The notes under the pieces: model-generated
The model's input: only the letters and a program-made list of their open reading frames with translations
Told to the model about the DNA's origin: nothing
The model's database searches: none
In this document: positions 1-9,550 of the stretch, piece by piece
Layout: each line of letters starts with the position of its first letter
How positions within the stretch are numbered: the stretch's first letter is position 1
DNA from: an uncultured Actinomycetes bacterium
GTDB taxonomy: Bacteria > Actinomycetota > Thermoleophilia > UBA2241
Assembly (NCBI GenBank): GCA_963725665.1
Contig: CAVRZA010000001.1
Span: 416,001-480,000 of the forward strand
Direction: 5' to 3'
DNA length: 64,000 nt
Made by a program: the position numbers and the translations under genes

Positions 1-373
1 AGTGGGGCGTGGTGATCGAGATCTCCGTGGCGAGGTAGCCGAAGCAGTTCTCCATCTCCTCCGGCCGCGGCTCTCGCAGCGTCGCGCCGCTGCGGGGCAC
101 GCATTTCAGGAGGCTGGTGCAGAAGCTGCTCTCCCCGCCGCCGTTGTTCAAGCTCGGTATGAGGCCGGCCAGGAAGCGCAGCGCCGAGGCCCCCGCCGGC
201 AAGCCGGCCACCTCCTCCTCAGGCGACGGGGAGCGTGAAACGAACAGGACGCGGGCGTGGGGGTGGCCCGCTCCGGGAAGCGCGCGGAGCCTGCCGGCCG
301 CGATCTCGGCGCATCGCGTGCACTCGCGCTCGCTCCGCGCGAGCTGGTCCAGTTTCTCGGCTGCGTCTTCCAT
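1..373 (-). CDS. Uracil-DNA glycosylase family 4/5-like Fe-S protein, divergent (3' end runs off the window)
   Basis: Manual translation (not in the ORF track): MEDAAEKLDQLARSERECTRCAEIAAGRLRALPGAGHPHARVLFVSRSPS...SLLKCVPRSGATLREPRPEEMENCFGYLATEISITTPH. CxxC, KCxP and the downstream C match UDG-4 cluster ligands. RBS GAAGGAAGG. Confidence 0.75.
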   Translation of the reverse strand, partial: MEDAAEKLDQLARSERECTRCAEIAAGRLRALPGAGHPHARVLFVSRSPSPEEEVAGLPAGASALRFLAGLIPSLNNGGGESSFCTSLLKCVPRSGATLREPRPEEMENCFGYLATEISITTPH

Positions 374-472
374 GATGACCACCTTCCTTCGCTACCCGCG
401 CGGACGTGCGTCTCCGGTGGAGTGTCACGGCTCGCGGGAGATGGGCCTTGTGTGGAGCTGCCGTGGCGAGCC

Positions 473-802
473 TCACCGGTCGTGCCGCAGCCTGAAGTCC
501 AGCTTGATGGCGTCGGGTGTGCCGACGAGGACGAGAAGGAGCTCGCCCTCGAAGGGCGCCAGCACGACGTTCATGCCGGAGAGCTCGACGCCGACGTAAC
601 GTGTCTCGGGCTGTTCGAGCTCTTCGGCGAGCCGGGCGCCGATGTCGATGACCCCCGCGACCTGGGCCGCGATGGCCTCGGTGTCGATGCGGTCGTCGGC
701 CGAGGCGGCGACCAAGAAGCCGTCGCGCGAGACAAGGAGCGCCGCCAGGACGCCGGGTTGCTCGCGGTAGGGTTCGAGCTTGTTGACCAGGGTGTCGTCC
801 AT
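473..802 (-). CDS. Roadblock/LC7 (MglB-like) domain protein
   Basis: PGVLAALLVSRDGFLVAAS...EAIAAQVA pattern; start MDDTL after GGAGGGG. Confidence 0.8.
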   Translation of the reverse strand: MDDTLVNKLEPYREQPGVLAALLVSRDGFLVAASADDRIDTEAIAAQVAGVIDIGARLAEELEQPETRYVGVELSGMNVVLAPFEGELLLVLVGTPDAIKLDFRLRHDR

Positions 803-809
803 GCTGGTG

Positions 810-1109
810 TCAGGCCCCCTCCAAGGCGGATTCGATCTGCGTTCGCACCACCGCCGCGAAGGCGTCTGCATGCGCCTCGTCGACGAATGTGCGGGTGAAC
901 CCCTCGTGCGACCCCGCGAGCTCGCTGAGGAAGATGCTCGTGCGCGTGATCGGGGCGGTCTCGGGCTGAGCCACGACGCCGTCGAGGGGTAGTTGGATCA
1001 GAGTGTCGCCGCTCAGGAAGAGGCGGTTTGTCTCGCGGGGAGTGAGACGCACGAGGACGCGCAGCCTGACCACCTCACTCAGACGCTCGTGGGCGAGCTC
1101 GATATCCAC
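810..1109 (-). CDS. Hypothetical protein (99 aa)
   Basis: ORF in tandem with the roadblock gene, with protein-like composition. Confidence 0.55.
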   Translation of the reverse strand: MDIELAHERLSEVVRLRVLVRLTPRETNRLFLSGDTLIQLPLDGVVAQPETAPITRTSIFLSELAGSHEGFTRTFVDEAHADAFAAVVRTQIESALEGA

Positions 1110-1199
1110 GGCGCAATACTAGGTCTGGCGGGAGCGGCTGCGCAACCGCGAGGCCTGAGACCGGGAGAGCGGGAGTAGTGGGGTCGGGGAGGCGCCCGC

Positions 1200-2243
1200 T
1201 CAGGCGAAGGCGACCGCCTGCGGCGCGGCGTCGGCGACGGGTGTGGCGGCGGCCTGAGTCGCGTTGCGACCGGCGCCGGCGAGGGCGGCCCCGCTGGCGG
1301 CCGGCTCATGACGCGTCGCCCCCGTGAAGGCCTCCGCGAGGAGAGCTTCGAGCGAGCGCGTCGCCGGGAACGACGCGCTGCCGGCGCTGACCGTCTGGCG
1401 ATGCTGGCCGATGAGGCGAGCCGTGACCTCGTGGCTCACAAGGGCGGCGAGCTCCCGCGTCTCTGACGCACTGCGGCCGGGAAGCGCGAGCACGAACGCG
1501 TCCGGCGCCGGTCGGAAACCGAGGTCGTCGGGGCCGAGCAGCCGGCCGACCCGACGCGCCACCGCGCGGGCGATGGCCTCGGCGCCCGGCCGACCGTAGA
1601 AGTCCGTCGCATCGCCGAAGTGATCGAGGCGCAGACAGACTACGCCGAGTGGTTCGTGCGCGGCCAGTGCCTCGTCCATGCGCAGGCTGAGGAGCTCGTG
1701 CAGGCGGTGACGGGTGTAGAAGCCCGTGACCGGATCGACGTTGAGCACGCGCTCCGCCTGCCGCCGGCCGTCGCGCCGCGCCACGCTGGCCAGAAGGACG
1801 CCGAGGGTGACGAGCGCCGCGACCTTGACGAGGCCCACGGCACGGTCGCCGCCGAGCGTCGGGTCGGCGATGGCGAGGACGATGGTTAGCAGGAGGCTGG
1901 GGACGACGAGGAAAGGCCACTCCGCCCGCTCGCTGCACAACAGCTCGGTGAGCACGAGCAGCGGAATGGCGAGGAGGAGCCAGGTGTCGACCCCGCCGGC
2001 CGGCGCGAGGCAAAGCCCCAACAGGAGCCAGTCCGTGACCACGAAGGTGTGCGCGAGCACAGGACCTTGCCGGCGGGCGACCGAGACCGAGTACGCGCCG
2101 CTGAGGAGCCCCAGGGCAGCGACCGCGGCTCCCCCCTTGCTGCCGGCGGCAAGGGAGGCGATGACGAGGAGGACGAAGAACAGCGTGCGAGAACGCGCCC
2201 GGGCAAGCTCGGGGTGGCGACGCCGGCGACGATTGGCCGTCAC
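1200..2243 (-). CDS. Membrane protein with a degenerate GGDEF domain
   Basis: About 5-6 hydrophobic segments, then DPVTGFYTR...LDHF...FYG; the GGDEF position reads APDAF. Confidence 0.8.
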   Translation of the reverse strand: MTANRRRRRHPELARARSRTLFFVLLVIASLAAGSKGGAAVAALGLLSGAYSVSVARRQGPVLAHTFVVTDWLLLGLCLAPAGGVDTWLLLAIPLLVLTELLCSERAEWPFLVVPSLLLTIVLAIADPTLGGDRAVGLVKVAALVTLGVLLASVARRDGRRQAERVLNVDPVTGFYTRHRLHELLSLRMDEALAAHEPLGVVCLRLDHFGDATDFYGRPGAEAIARAVARRVGRLLGPDDLGFRPAPDAFVLALPGRSASETRELAALVSHEVTARLIGQHRQTVSAGSASFPATRSLEALLAEAFTGATRHEPAASGAALAGAGRNATQAAATPVADAAPQAVAFA

Positions 2244-2389
2244 AGGTGATCCCCTCGTGGCGTCACGTATCGGACGGCCTGGCTCGCCATACAGTGGCTA
2301 TTCGCCCTGCAAACACGCTCTCCTTCCACGCCGCTCGAGCAGGCTGCCGTCGCCGTTGTGCAGAGTCCTCGAACGGCGGCCGCAGCGGC

Positions 2390-2395
2390 TATAAT
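2390..2395 (+). promoter_or_regulatory. Sigma-70 -10 box for the ior operon, probably near-leaderless
   Basis: TATAAT 9 nt before the GTG at 2405; no Shine-Dalgarno. Confidence 0.6.
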
Positions 2396-2404
2396 GGACG
2401 TTCC

Positions 2405-4213
2405 GTGAACCGAGGCAGACTCTTTCTCTCCGGGAACGAAGCCATCGCCAGAGGCGCCCTGCGCGCCGGGGCGGGCTTCGCCTGTGGTTACCCTGGGACG
2501 CCCTCTACCGAGATCATCGAGGCGCTGGCGCTCCTCGGCGGCCTCACGGCGGAGTGGTGCGTCAACGAGAAGGTCGCCCTCGAGACCGCCATCGGCGCCT
2601 CGCTCGCCGGCGTGCGCAGCCTGGTGACGATGAAGCACGTAGGGCTGAACGTAGCCGCTGACCCGTTCATGGCGCTGGCGATCACGGGGGTCAACGCGGG
2701 TCTGGTCGTGGTCTCGGCCGACGACCCCGGCATGCACTCTTCGCAGAACGAGCAGGACAACCGCACCTACGCCAAGTTCGCCAAGGTGCCGCTGCTCGAG
2801 CCGTCCGACAGTCAGGAGGCCTACGAGTTCGTGGCCGAGGCCTTCGCCCTCTCCGAGGAGTTCGACGCCCCCGTCATCGTGCGCTCGACCACGCGACTCT
2901 CGCACGGAAGCGGACTCGTGCACGAGCGGGCGCGAGTGGAGCCGGCCGCGCGCGGGTACGAGCGTGACATCGCGAAGTACGTCATGATGCCGCAGAACGC
3001 GCGCGAGCGGAACCGGCGCGCCCTCGAGCGATTGAGCCGGCTGCGCTCGCGCGCGGAGACCTCCACGTTGAACGTCCTCGAGGCCGGCACCACCGACTTC
3101 GGCATCATCGCCTCGGGCGTCGCCTACGCCTACGCCCGCGAGGCCTTCCCGAAGGCCTGGTTCCTCAAGTTGGGGATGTCCAACCCCCTGCCTTACCGCA
3201 AGGTGGCGAAGCTCTTCGAGTCGGTCTCGCGGGTCGCGGTGGTCGAGGAGCTTGACCCCTTCATCGAAGAGCAGGTCAGAGCCCTCGGTCTGCCGGTCGT
3301 GGGCAAGGAGGTGATCCCGGCCGACGGCGAGCTCGACCAGGAGGCGGTGCGCGCCGCCCTGGAGCCCGTCTTGAGGACGCCGGCGCCGCGGCGCCGGCGT
3401 CCCGTCTTCCCGCCCGAGCCGAAGATCACGCCGGCGCCGCCAAAGCCTGTGCTGCCCGTGCGTCCGCCGGTGCTCTGCGCTGGCTGCCCGCACCGCGCCG
3501 TCTATGCCATGCTACGCAAGCGCAAGGTCGCGGCGCTGGGCGACATCGGCTGCTACACGCTGGGAGCGTTGCCGCCGTTGCTGTCGCTCGACAGTTGTCT
3601 CTGTATGGGCGCCAGCATCGGGATGATGTCTGGCATGAACAAGGCGTCGGGGCGCAAGGGGGCTGTAGCTGTCATCGGCGACTCGACCTTCTTCCACTCG
3701 GGCGTGACGCCGCTCATCGACGCGCACTACAACGAGGCCCCGGGTCTCGTGATCGTGCTCGACAACCGCACGACTGCTATGACTGGCCACCAGGGGCATC
3801 CGGGCAACGGGCGGCACGCCGACGCAAGCCAGGGGCCGGCGCTCGACATCGAGCAGCTCTGCCTGGGCATCGGCGTGCGCTGCCACACGGTCGACGCGTT
3901 CGACGAGGAAGAGCTCGAGCGGGTGCTCAAGGAGGAGCTCGCCGCACCCGGTCTCGGCGTCCTCGTCGCCCTCGCGCCGTGCGTCCTCATGACGACGCCG
4001 CAGCCGGAGTCGGTGCAGGTCGACGACGAGCGCTGCAACCTCTGCGGCCTCTGCGTCGATCTCGGTTGTCCGGCGCTCATCGTCGTCGACTCGACCGTCG
4101 AGATCGGCGCCGATTGCAGCGCCTGCGGCGTGTGCCTGGCTGTCTGCAAACGAGGCGCCCTGTCGCTGCCCGACCGAGGCGCGGCCGGCGAGGCCGAGGT
4201 GACGGGGCCGTGA
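2405..4213 (+). CDS. iorA: Indolepyruvate:ferredoxin oxidoreductase alpha subunit
   Basis: LSGNEAIARGA, GYPGTPSTEI, NEKVA, MKHVGLNVAAD, RPPVLCAGCPH, GDIGCY, GDSTFFHSG, C-terminal 2x[4Fe-4S]. Confidence 0.95.
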   Translation: MNRGRLFLSGNEAIARGALRAGAGFACGYPGTPSTEIIEALALLGGLTAEWCVNEKVALETAIGASLAGVRSLVTMKHVGLNVAADPFMALAITGVNAGLVVVSADDPGMHSSQNEQDNRTYAKFAKVPLLEPSDSQEAYEFVAEAFALSEEFDAPVIVRSTTRLSHGSGLVHERARVEPAARGYERDIAKYVMMPQNARERNRRALERLSRLRSRAETSTLNVLEAGTTDFGIIASGVAYAYAREAFPKAWFLKLGMSNPLPYRKVAKLFESVSRVAVVEELDPFIEEQVRALGLPVVGKEVIPADGELDQEAVRAALEPVLRTPAPRRRRPVFPPEPKITPAPPKPVLPVRPPVLCAGCPHRAVYAMLRKRKVAALGDIGCYTLGALPPLLSLDSCLCMGASIGMMSGMNKASGRKGAVAVIGDSTFFHSGVTPLIDAHYNEAPGLVIVLDNRTTAMTGHQGHPGNGRHADASQGPALDIEQLCLGIGVRCHTVDAFDEEELERVLKEELAAPGLGVLVALAPCVLMTTPQPESVQVDDERCNLCGLCVDLGCPALIVVDSTVEIGADCSACGVCLAVCKRGALSLPDRGAAGEAEVTGP

Positions 4214-4803
4214 ACGGCGCGACGAGCATTAGTCTCGCCGGCGTGGGCGGGCAGGGGATCATCCTCGCCGCCGCGCTGCTGGCGCGGGCCGCGCTGCTCG
4301 AGGGCTTCGACGTGAAGGCGAGCGAGGTCAAGGGCATGGCGCAGCGCGGCGGCAGTGTCGTCTCCACCGTCCGCTTCGGCGCGCGGGTCTTCTCACCCGT
4401 CGCGCCGCGCGCCGACGTCGTCATCGCCACCGAGCTGCTCGAGGGGCGGCGCAGCTTCGACATCCTCGTCCCCCGCGGGACGATGGTCTGCTCGACGACC
4501 CGCATCGCTCCGGGCAGCGTCCTGCGCGGCGAGCAGGCGTATCCCGACGACATCGACACAGAGGCCCGCCGCCGCGGCGTGCGGCTCCTCCTCGTCGCTG
4601 CCCAGGAGATCGCCTTATCGGCCGGCACGGCGCGCGCCGCCAACGTGGCCCTGCTGGGCGCGGCGAGCGCCGTGCTCCCCTTCGGGGAGGCCGCGTGGCA
4701 GGCGGCGCTCGAGGAGGTCCTGCCGGCGAAGATCCTCTCTGTGAACCAGGAGGCCTTCGCCCTTGGGCGCGAGGCCGTGCAGGCGCCGGCGCCGTCGGCA
4801 TGA
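4210..4803 (+). CDS. iorB: Indolepyruvate:ferredoxin oxidoreductase beta subunit
   Basis: LAGVGGQGII, SEVKGMAQRGGSV; GTGA overlap with iorA. Confidence 0.93.
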   Translation: MNGATSISLAGVGGQGIILAAALLARAALLEGFDVKASEVKGMAQRGGSVVSTVRFGARVFSPVAPRADVVIATELLEGRRSFDILVPRGTMVCSTTRIAPGSVLRGEQAYPDDIDTEARRRGVRLLLVAAQEIALSAGTARAANVALLGAASAVLPFGEAAWQAALEEVLPAKILSVNQEAFALGREAVQAPAPSA

Positions 4804-4825
4804 GAGCCAGGAGGAGGTCCCCCAG

Positions 4826-5239
4826 GTGAAGGTGACGCAGCTGACCGTCTTTCTCGAGAACCGCAGTGGGCGGCTCGCCGAGGTGACGGACATCCTCGGC
4901 AGGGCGGGCATCAACATCCGCGGCTTCTCGACCACCGAGGCGGCCGAGTACGGCATCGTCCGCCTTATCGTGCCCGATCCCGAGCGGGCGCGCGAGCTCC
5001 TGCACGATGAGGGGTTCACGACGCACCTCACCGAGGTCGTCTGCGTGGGCGTGCCCGACGAGCCCGGCGGTCTGGCCCGCGTGCTCGACCTGCTCGCCGA
5101 GCACGAGATCAGCGTCGACTACATGTACAGCATCTCGTTCCAGTACATCTGCTTCGCCCTGCACGACATCGACCGCGCCGTCGATCTGCTCCAGGACAAG
5201 GTGCAGATGCTCTCCGACGAGCAGGTACGCGCGCTGTGA
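4826..5239 (+). CDS. Tandem ACT-domain protein
   Basis: QLTVFLENRSGRLAEV...GINIRGFS and PDEPGGLARVL; RBS AGGAGG. Confidence 0.9.
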   Translation: MKVTQLTVFLENRSGRLAEVTDILGRAGINIRGFSTTEAAEYGIVRLIVPDPERARELLHDEGFTTHLTEVVCVGVPDEPGGLARVLDLLAEHEISVDYMYSISFQYICFALHDIDRAVDLLQDKVQMLSDEQVRAL

Positions 5240-6588
5240 GCCTGGCGCCGACCCGCGAGCGGCTCGCGGTCGACGACGCCGGCGGGTTCTTCTGGGAGCC
5301 TGCGGCCGAGAGCCTGCCCACGCGGGAGCTGGGCGAGCTGCAGATGACGCGCTTGCGCGCTACGCTGCAGCTCGCCCGCGAGAGGGTGCCCTTCTACCGC
5401 GAGAAGCTCGACGAGGCCGGCATCACCGTCGCTGAGGTCGACTGTCACGGGCGCGCGCAGGACCTTCCGTTCACCACCAAGATCGATCTGCGCGACCACT
5501 ACCCGTTCGCCATGCTCGCCCTGCCGCGCGAAGAGGTGGTGACCGTGCACTGCTCGTCCGGCACGACGGGCAACCCGGTGGTCGTCGGGTACTCGCGCGC
5601 CGACCTCGCCTTGTGGGCCGCGCTCATCGCGCGCACGCTGGCTGCCGGCGGTGTGGGCCCCGGTGACCTCCTACAGAACGCCTTCGGCTACGGTCTCTTC
5701 ACCGGCGGTCTGGGCTTGCACCACGGCGGCGAGCTCCTGGGCTGCACCGTGCTCCCGATCTCGGGCGGCAACACGGAGCGCCAGCTCAAGCTGATGCGCG
5801 ACTTCGGCGCCACGGCCCTTTCGTGCACGCCTTCGTATGCGCTTCACCTCGCCGAGGGGGCGCGTGATCGTGGGCTGCGGCCCGAAGACCTGCCGCTGCG
5901 CGTCGGCTACTTCGGCGCCGAGCCGTGGACCAACGAGATGCGCCTGCAGATCGAGGAGGGTCTCGGCATCGATGCGCTCGACATCTACGGCCTCTCCGAG
6001 ATGGGGGGGCCGGGAGTCGCGTTCGAGTGTCGCTGCAAGGCCGGCATGCACATCAACGAGGACCACTACCTGGCCGAGATCGTCGATCCGGAGACCCTGG
6101 AGGCGATGCCTGAGGGCGAGGTCGGCGAGCTCGTCATCACCACACTGTCGCGCGCCGCTCAGCCGCTGATCCGTTACCGCACGCGCGACCTCTGCAGCCT
6201 GATCTTCGAGCCCTGTGCGTGCGGCCGCACGCTGGCTCGCATGACCAAGCCCGTCGGCCGCAGCGACGACATGCTCATCATCCGGGGCGTCAACGTCTTC
6301 CCCAGCCAGATCGAAGAAGTCCTCATGGCCATCCCCGAGATCGAGCCGCATTACCAGATCGTCGTCGACCGCAAGGGCCACCTCGACGTCGTCGAGGTCT
6401 GGATCGAGGTCGGAGAGGACATCTTCGGCGAGACGATGGGGCAGCTCGAGACCTTCGAACGGACGGTGCAGCAGAGGCTCTACAGCGTCCTCAACATCCA
6501 GGTGAAGGTGCGTCTGAAGGAGCCGCGCACGATCGCCCGCAGCGAAGGCAAGGCGGTACGCGTGGTCGACAGACGCACGCTCGCCTGA
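5236..6588 (+). CDS. paaK: Phenylacetate-CoA ligase family protein
   Basis: LPFTTKIDLRDHYPF, SSGTTGNP, YGLFTGGLG, YGLSE, RYRTRD, GRSDDMLIIRGVNVFPSQIE. Confidence 0.93.
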   Translation: MSLAPTRERLAVDDAGGFFWEPAAESLPTRELGELQMTRLRATLQLARERVPFYREKLDEAGITVAEVDCHGRAQDLPFTTKIDLRDHYPFAMLALPREEVVTVHCSSGTTGNPVVVGYSRADLALWAALIARTLAAGGVGPGDLLQNAFGYGLFTGGLGLHHGGELLGCTVLPISGGNTERQLKLMRDFGATALSCTPSYALHLAEGARDRGLRPEDLPLRVGYFGAEPWTNEMRLQIEEGLGIDALDIYGLSEMGGPGVAFECRCKAGMHINEDHYLAEIVDPETLEAMPEGEVGELVITTLSRAAQPLIRYRTRDLCSLIFEPCACGRTLARMTKPVGRSDDMLIIRGVNVFPSQIEEVLMAIPEIEPHYQIVVDRKGHLDVVEVWIEVGEDIFGETMGQLETFERTVQQRLYSVLNIQVKVRLKEPRTIARSEGKAVRVVDRRTLA

Positions 6589-6646
6589 GCTTGCGCGAGG
6601 CGCTTCGCGCCCAGCGGGTAGGTGCGGCCGGCGGTCGTTATAATCG

Positions 6647-8542
6647 GTGCATGACCTGCCCTCGCACTCGGTCCACTCGAGGGGATCTCGCGTGACTCCG
6701 TCCGGCCACCGTCCCTTGCGCGGCCTGCGCGTCGATCTCTCCACGGGACGCGCCGAAGCCGACGAGCAGCCGGCCGAGGCCGGCCGCCGCTTCCTCGGAG
6801 GCCGCGGCCTGGGAGCCTGGCTGCTGCTGGCCGAGCGCGTCCACGAGGTCGAGCCGCTCGGCCCTGACAATCCCCTGGTCTTCGCGCCCGGACCTCTCAC
6901 CGGCAGCGGTGCCCCCAGCGCTGGCCGCTACAGCGTGAGCTCCCGCTCACCGCTCACCGGCACGCTCTTCGACGGCAACTCGGGCGGCGCTTTCGGCGCT
7001 GCTCTGCGCCGGCTCGATCTCGACTACCTGATCGTCGCCGGCGCCTGCGACGCGCCCGCCTATCTTCTCCTCGACGACGAGGGTGCACGGCTCTTGCCCG
7101 CCGCCGATCTCTGGGGACTCGACGTCCTGGCCACGCTGGCGGCCTTGAAGCAGCGCCACGGGCGCTGCGAGGCGGCGCTCATCGGCCCTGCGGGAGAGAG
7201 TGGTGTGCTCTTCGCCTCCGTCGTCAACAACCGCGGTCGTCAGGTGGGACGCGGTGGCCTGGGCGCCGTGATGGGAGCAAAGGGCCTGAAGGCCGTCGTG
7301 CTGCGCGCCGGGCGCAGTAGACCGCCCGGCCCGGCCGACGGTGAGCGCCTCGCGGCGGTATTCGCTGAGGCCACCGAGCTGCTCGAGGCCGACCCGATCA
7401 CCAGCTGGTCGCTGCCCGAGTTCGGCACCAGCGTGCTGGTGAACGTGCTCAACCAGGTCGGCGCCCTGCCGACGCGCAACTTCAGGGAGTCGGTGTTCGC
7501 GGCCGCCGAGCAGATCAGCGGCGAGGCGCTGCGCGCCGGCTTCGTCGAGCGCCACGGCGCTTGTCCCGGCTGCTTCATCGGTTGTGCACGGCGCGTGCGC
7601 ACCCTCGACGGCGGTGGCGAGGGCCCCCAGTACGAGAGCATCTGGGCGCTGGGGGCCGACTGCGGCATCGGCGATCTGGGTGCGATCGTCGAGGCCAACC
7701 AAGCCTGCAACCGACTGGGCCTGGACACGATCACCATGGGCGCCACGATCGCCTGCGCCATGGAGCTCGCCGAGCTCGGGCCGCTGCCCGGTGGGCCACG
7801 CTTTGGCGATGCCGCCGCCCTGCTGCCGCTGATCGAGGCTACCGCGGCGCGCCGCGGTCTAGGCGAGGAGCTCGCCGAGGGCTCGGCGCGCTTTGCCGCG
7901 CGGTACGGCAGGCCGGAGCTCTCGATGAGCGTCAAGCGCCTCGAGCTGCCGGCCTTCGACCCGCGCGGCATGACCGGCCAGGGTCTCGCTTTCGCCACGT
8001 CGAACCGCGGCGCCTGTCACCTGCGCGCCAACATGCTCGGTCCCGAGATCCTCGGCAGACCCGCGCTGCTCGACCGTTTCGCCACTCATGGCAAGGCCGA
8101 AGTGCTGATCGGTCTGCAGGACCTCAACGCCGTGCTGGACTCGCTGGTGGAGTGCAAGTTCGCCGCCTACGCGCTCGGCGAGGCGTACTTCGCACGACTG
8201 CTCTCGGCGGTCATCGGCGAGGCGGTCGAGCCCGCCGAGCTGCTCCAGACCGGTGAGCGCATCTGGAACGTCGAGCGGCTGTTCAATCTGCGCGCCGGCT
8301 TCACCCGCGCCGACGATGCGCTACCTCGGCGTCTGCTCGACGAGCCGGTCTCTGTCGGGCCCTCGGCGGGTCACGTGGTCGACCTCGAGCCGATGCTCGA
8401 TGAGTACTACGCGGCGCGCGACTGGGACGGGGACGGGCGGCCGACGCCGCGCAAGCTGGCCGAGCTGGGCCTGGAGGACGCGACGCCGGCCGCTGTGCGC
8501 GACCATCCGGGCGAACGGGTCAGGGCTCGACGATCACCTTGA
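6647..8542 (+). CDS. aor: Tungsten aldehyde:ferredoxin oxidoreductase (start may be 6692)
   Basis: FLGGRGLG, SPLTG, GRGGLGAVMGAKGLKAV, CxxCxxxC, GLDTIT, RGACH; TATAAT at 6639-6644. Confidence 0.92.
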   Translation: MHDLPSHSVHSRGSRVTPSGHRPLRGLRVDLSTGRAEADEQPAEAGRRFLGGRGLGAWLLLAERVHEVEPLGPDNPLVFAPGPLTGSGAPSAGRYSVSSRSPLTGTLFDGNSGGAFGAALRRLDLDYLIVAGACDAPAYLLLDDEGARLLPAADLWGLDVLATLAALKQRHGRCEAALIGPAGESGVLFASVVNNRGRQVGRGGLGAVMGAKGLKAVVLRAGRSRPPGPADGERLAAVFAEATELLEADPITSWSLPEFGTSVLVNVLNQVGALPTRNFRESVFAAAEQISGEALRAGFVERHGACPGCFIGCARRVRTLDGGGEGPQYESIWALGADCGIGDLGAIVEANQACNRLGLDTITMGATIACAMELAELGPLPGGPRFGDAAALLPLIEATAARRGLGEELAEGSARFAARYGRPELSMSVKRLELPAFDPRGMTGQGLAFATSNRGACHLRANMLGPEILGRPALLDRFATHGKAEVLIGLQDLNAVLDSLVECKFAAYALGEAYFARLLSAVIGEAVEPAELLQTGERIWNVERLFNLRAGFTRADDALPRRLLDEPVSVGPSAGHVVDLEPMLDEYYAARDWDGDGRPTPRKLAELGLEDATPAAVRDHPGERVRARRSP

Positions 8543-9542
8543 CCGAGCGGTCGGCCTCGGCGACCAGCGCGAACCCTCGCACGATGTCGTCGAGCGGCAG
8601 CCGGTCTGTGATCAGGTCGGCGACGGCGACGCGGCCGGCGGCGATGAGGCCCAGCGCGGTGGCGAGGTCGGCCGGCGCCGCGCCGTAGGCCGTGCGCACG
8701 GTGACCTCGCGTCGCCACAGCTCGGTCATGGGCATGGCCAGGGGCTCGCCCGGCGGCGGTGGGGCGAAGAACACGAACGTGGCGCCCGACCCGAGGCAGG
8801 CGAGCCCCTGCCGGATGGCCGACGGCGCACTGGTGCAGAGGATGACCAGGTCGGCCAGCCCGCCGGCGGCCTCGCGCAGCAGCTGAGGCAGCTCGTCGCC
8901 GGACGCGGCGCCGTCGATGGCCACCGCCCCAGACCGACGGGCGAAGTCCAGCCGAGATGCGCTGATGTCGGTCGCGATCACGCGTCCGGCGCCGAGCGCC
9001 AGCGCGAGCCGGATGTGGAGCAGGCCCGAGATGCCGCTGCCGACGACCAGCACAGTGGAGCCCGGGCGCACGCCGGCGTGCGTCTGAGCGCGCACCACGC
9101 AGCCCAGTGGCTCGACGAAGGTACCCTCTTCGTAGGTGACGCCGTCCGGCAGCACCAGCACGCCGCGCTCGGTCTGCAGCGTGGGCACACGCACGTACTC
9201 CGAGAACCCTCCCGGATCGAAGTTGGTGGTGTGCAGGGTGTGACAGGCAGTATGGGCACCGGAGAGGCACAGCTCGCACGTGTTGCACGGCACGTGGTGA
9301 GACACGACCACTCGCTGCCCGACGGCCAGGTGATGCACGTCGGCGCCGACCTCGACGACGTCACCGGCCACCTCGTGGCCCAGCACGAGCGGCGCTTTGG
9401 GCATCCGGTACCACTCCATGACGTCGGAACCGCAGATGCCCGATGCCCGGATGCGCACGAGGATCTCGGCCGGTCCGATGGCGGGCAGCGGGCGGTCTTC
9501 GAGGCGGATGTCGGCGTTGCTGTGGTAGACGGCGACGCGCAC
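8520..9542 (-). CDS. Zinc-dependent alcohol/polyol dehydrogenase (MDR family)
   Basis: SGICGSD, GHE, CxxCxxC-x7-C, EPLGC, GSGISG. Confidence 0.92.
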   Translation of the reverse strand: MRVAVYHSNADIRLEDRPLPAIGPAEILVRIRASGICGSDVMEWYRMPKAPLVLGHEVAGDVVEVGADVHHLAVGQRVVVSHHVPCNTCELCLSGAHTACHTLHTTNFDPGGFSEYVRVPTLQTERGVLVLPDGVTYEEGTFVEPLGCVVRAQTHAGVRPGSTVLVVGSGISGLLHIRLALALGAGRVIATDISASRLDFARRSGAVAIDGAASGDELPQLLREAAGGLADLVILCTSAPSAIRQGLACLGSGATFVFFAPPPPGEPLAMPMTELWRREVTVRTAYGAAPADLATALGLIAAGRVAVADLITDRLPLDDIVRGFALVAEADRSVKVIVEP

Positions 9543-9550
9543 GGCGTCGA

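Noticed and set aside
7620-7645. AOR inactivation by PQYE in place of PEYE
   Set aside because: The second Glu, the GACH His and the cluster cysteines are retained; one substitution is not enough to claim loss of function.
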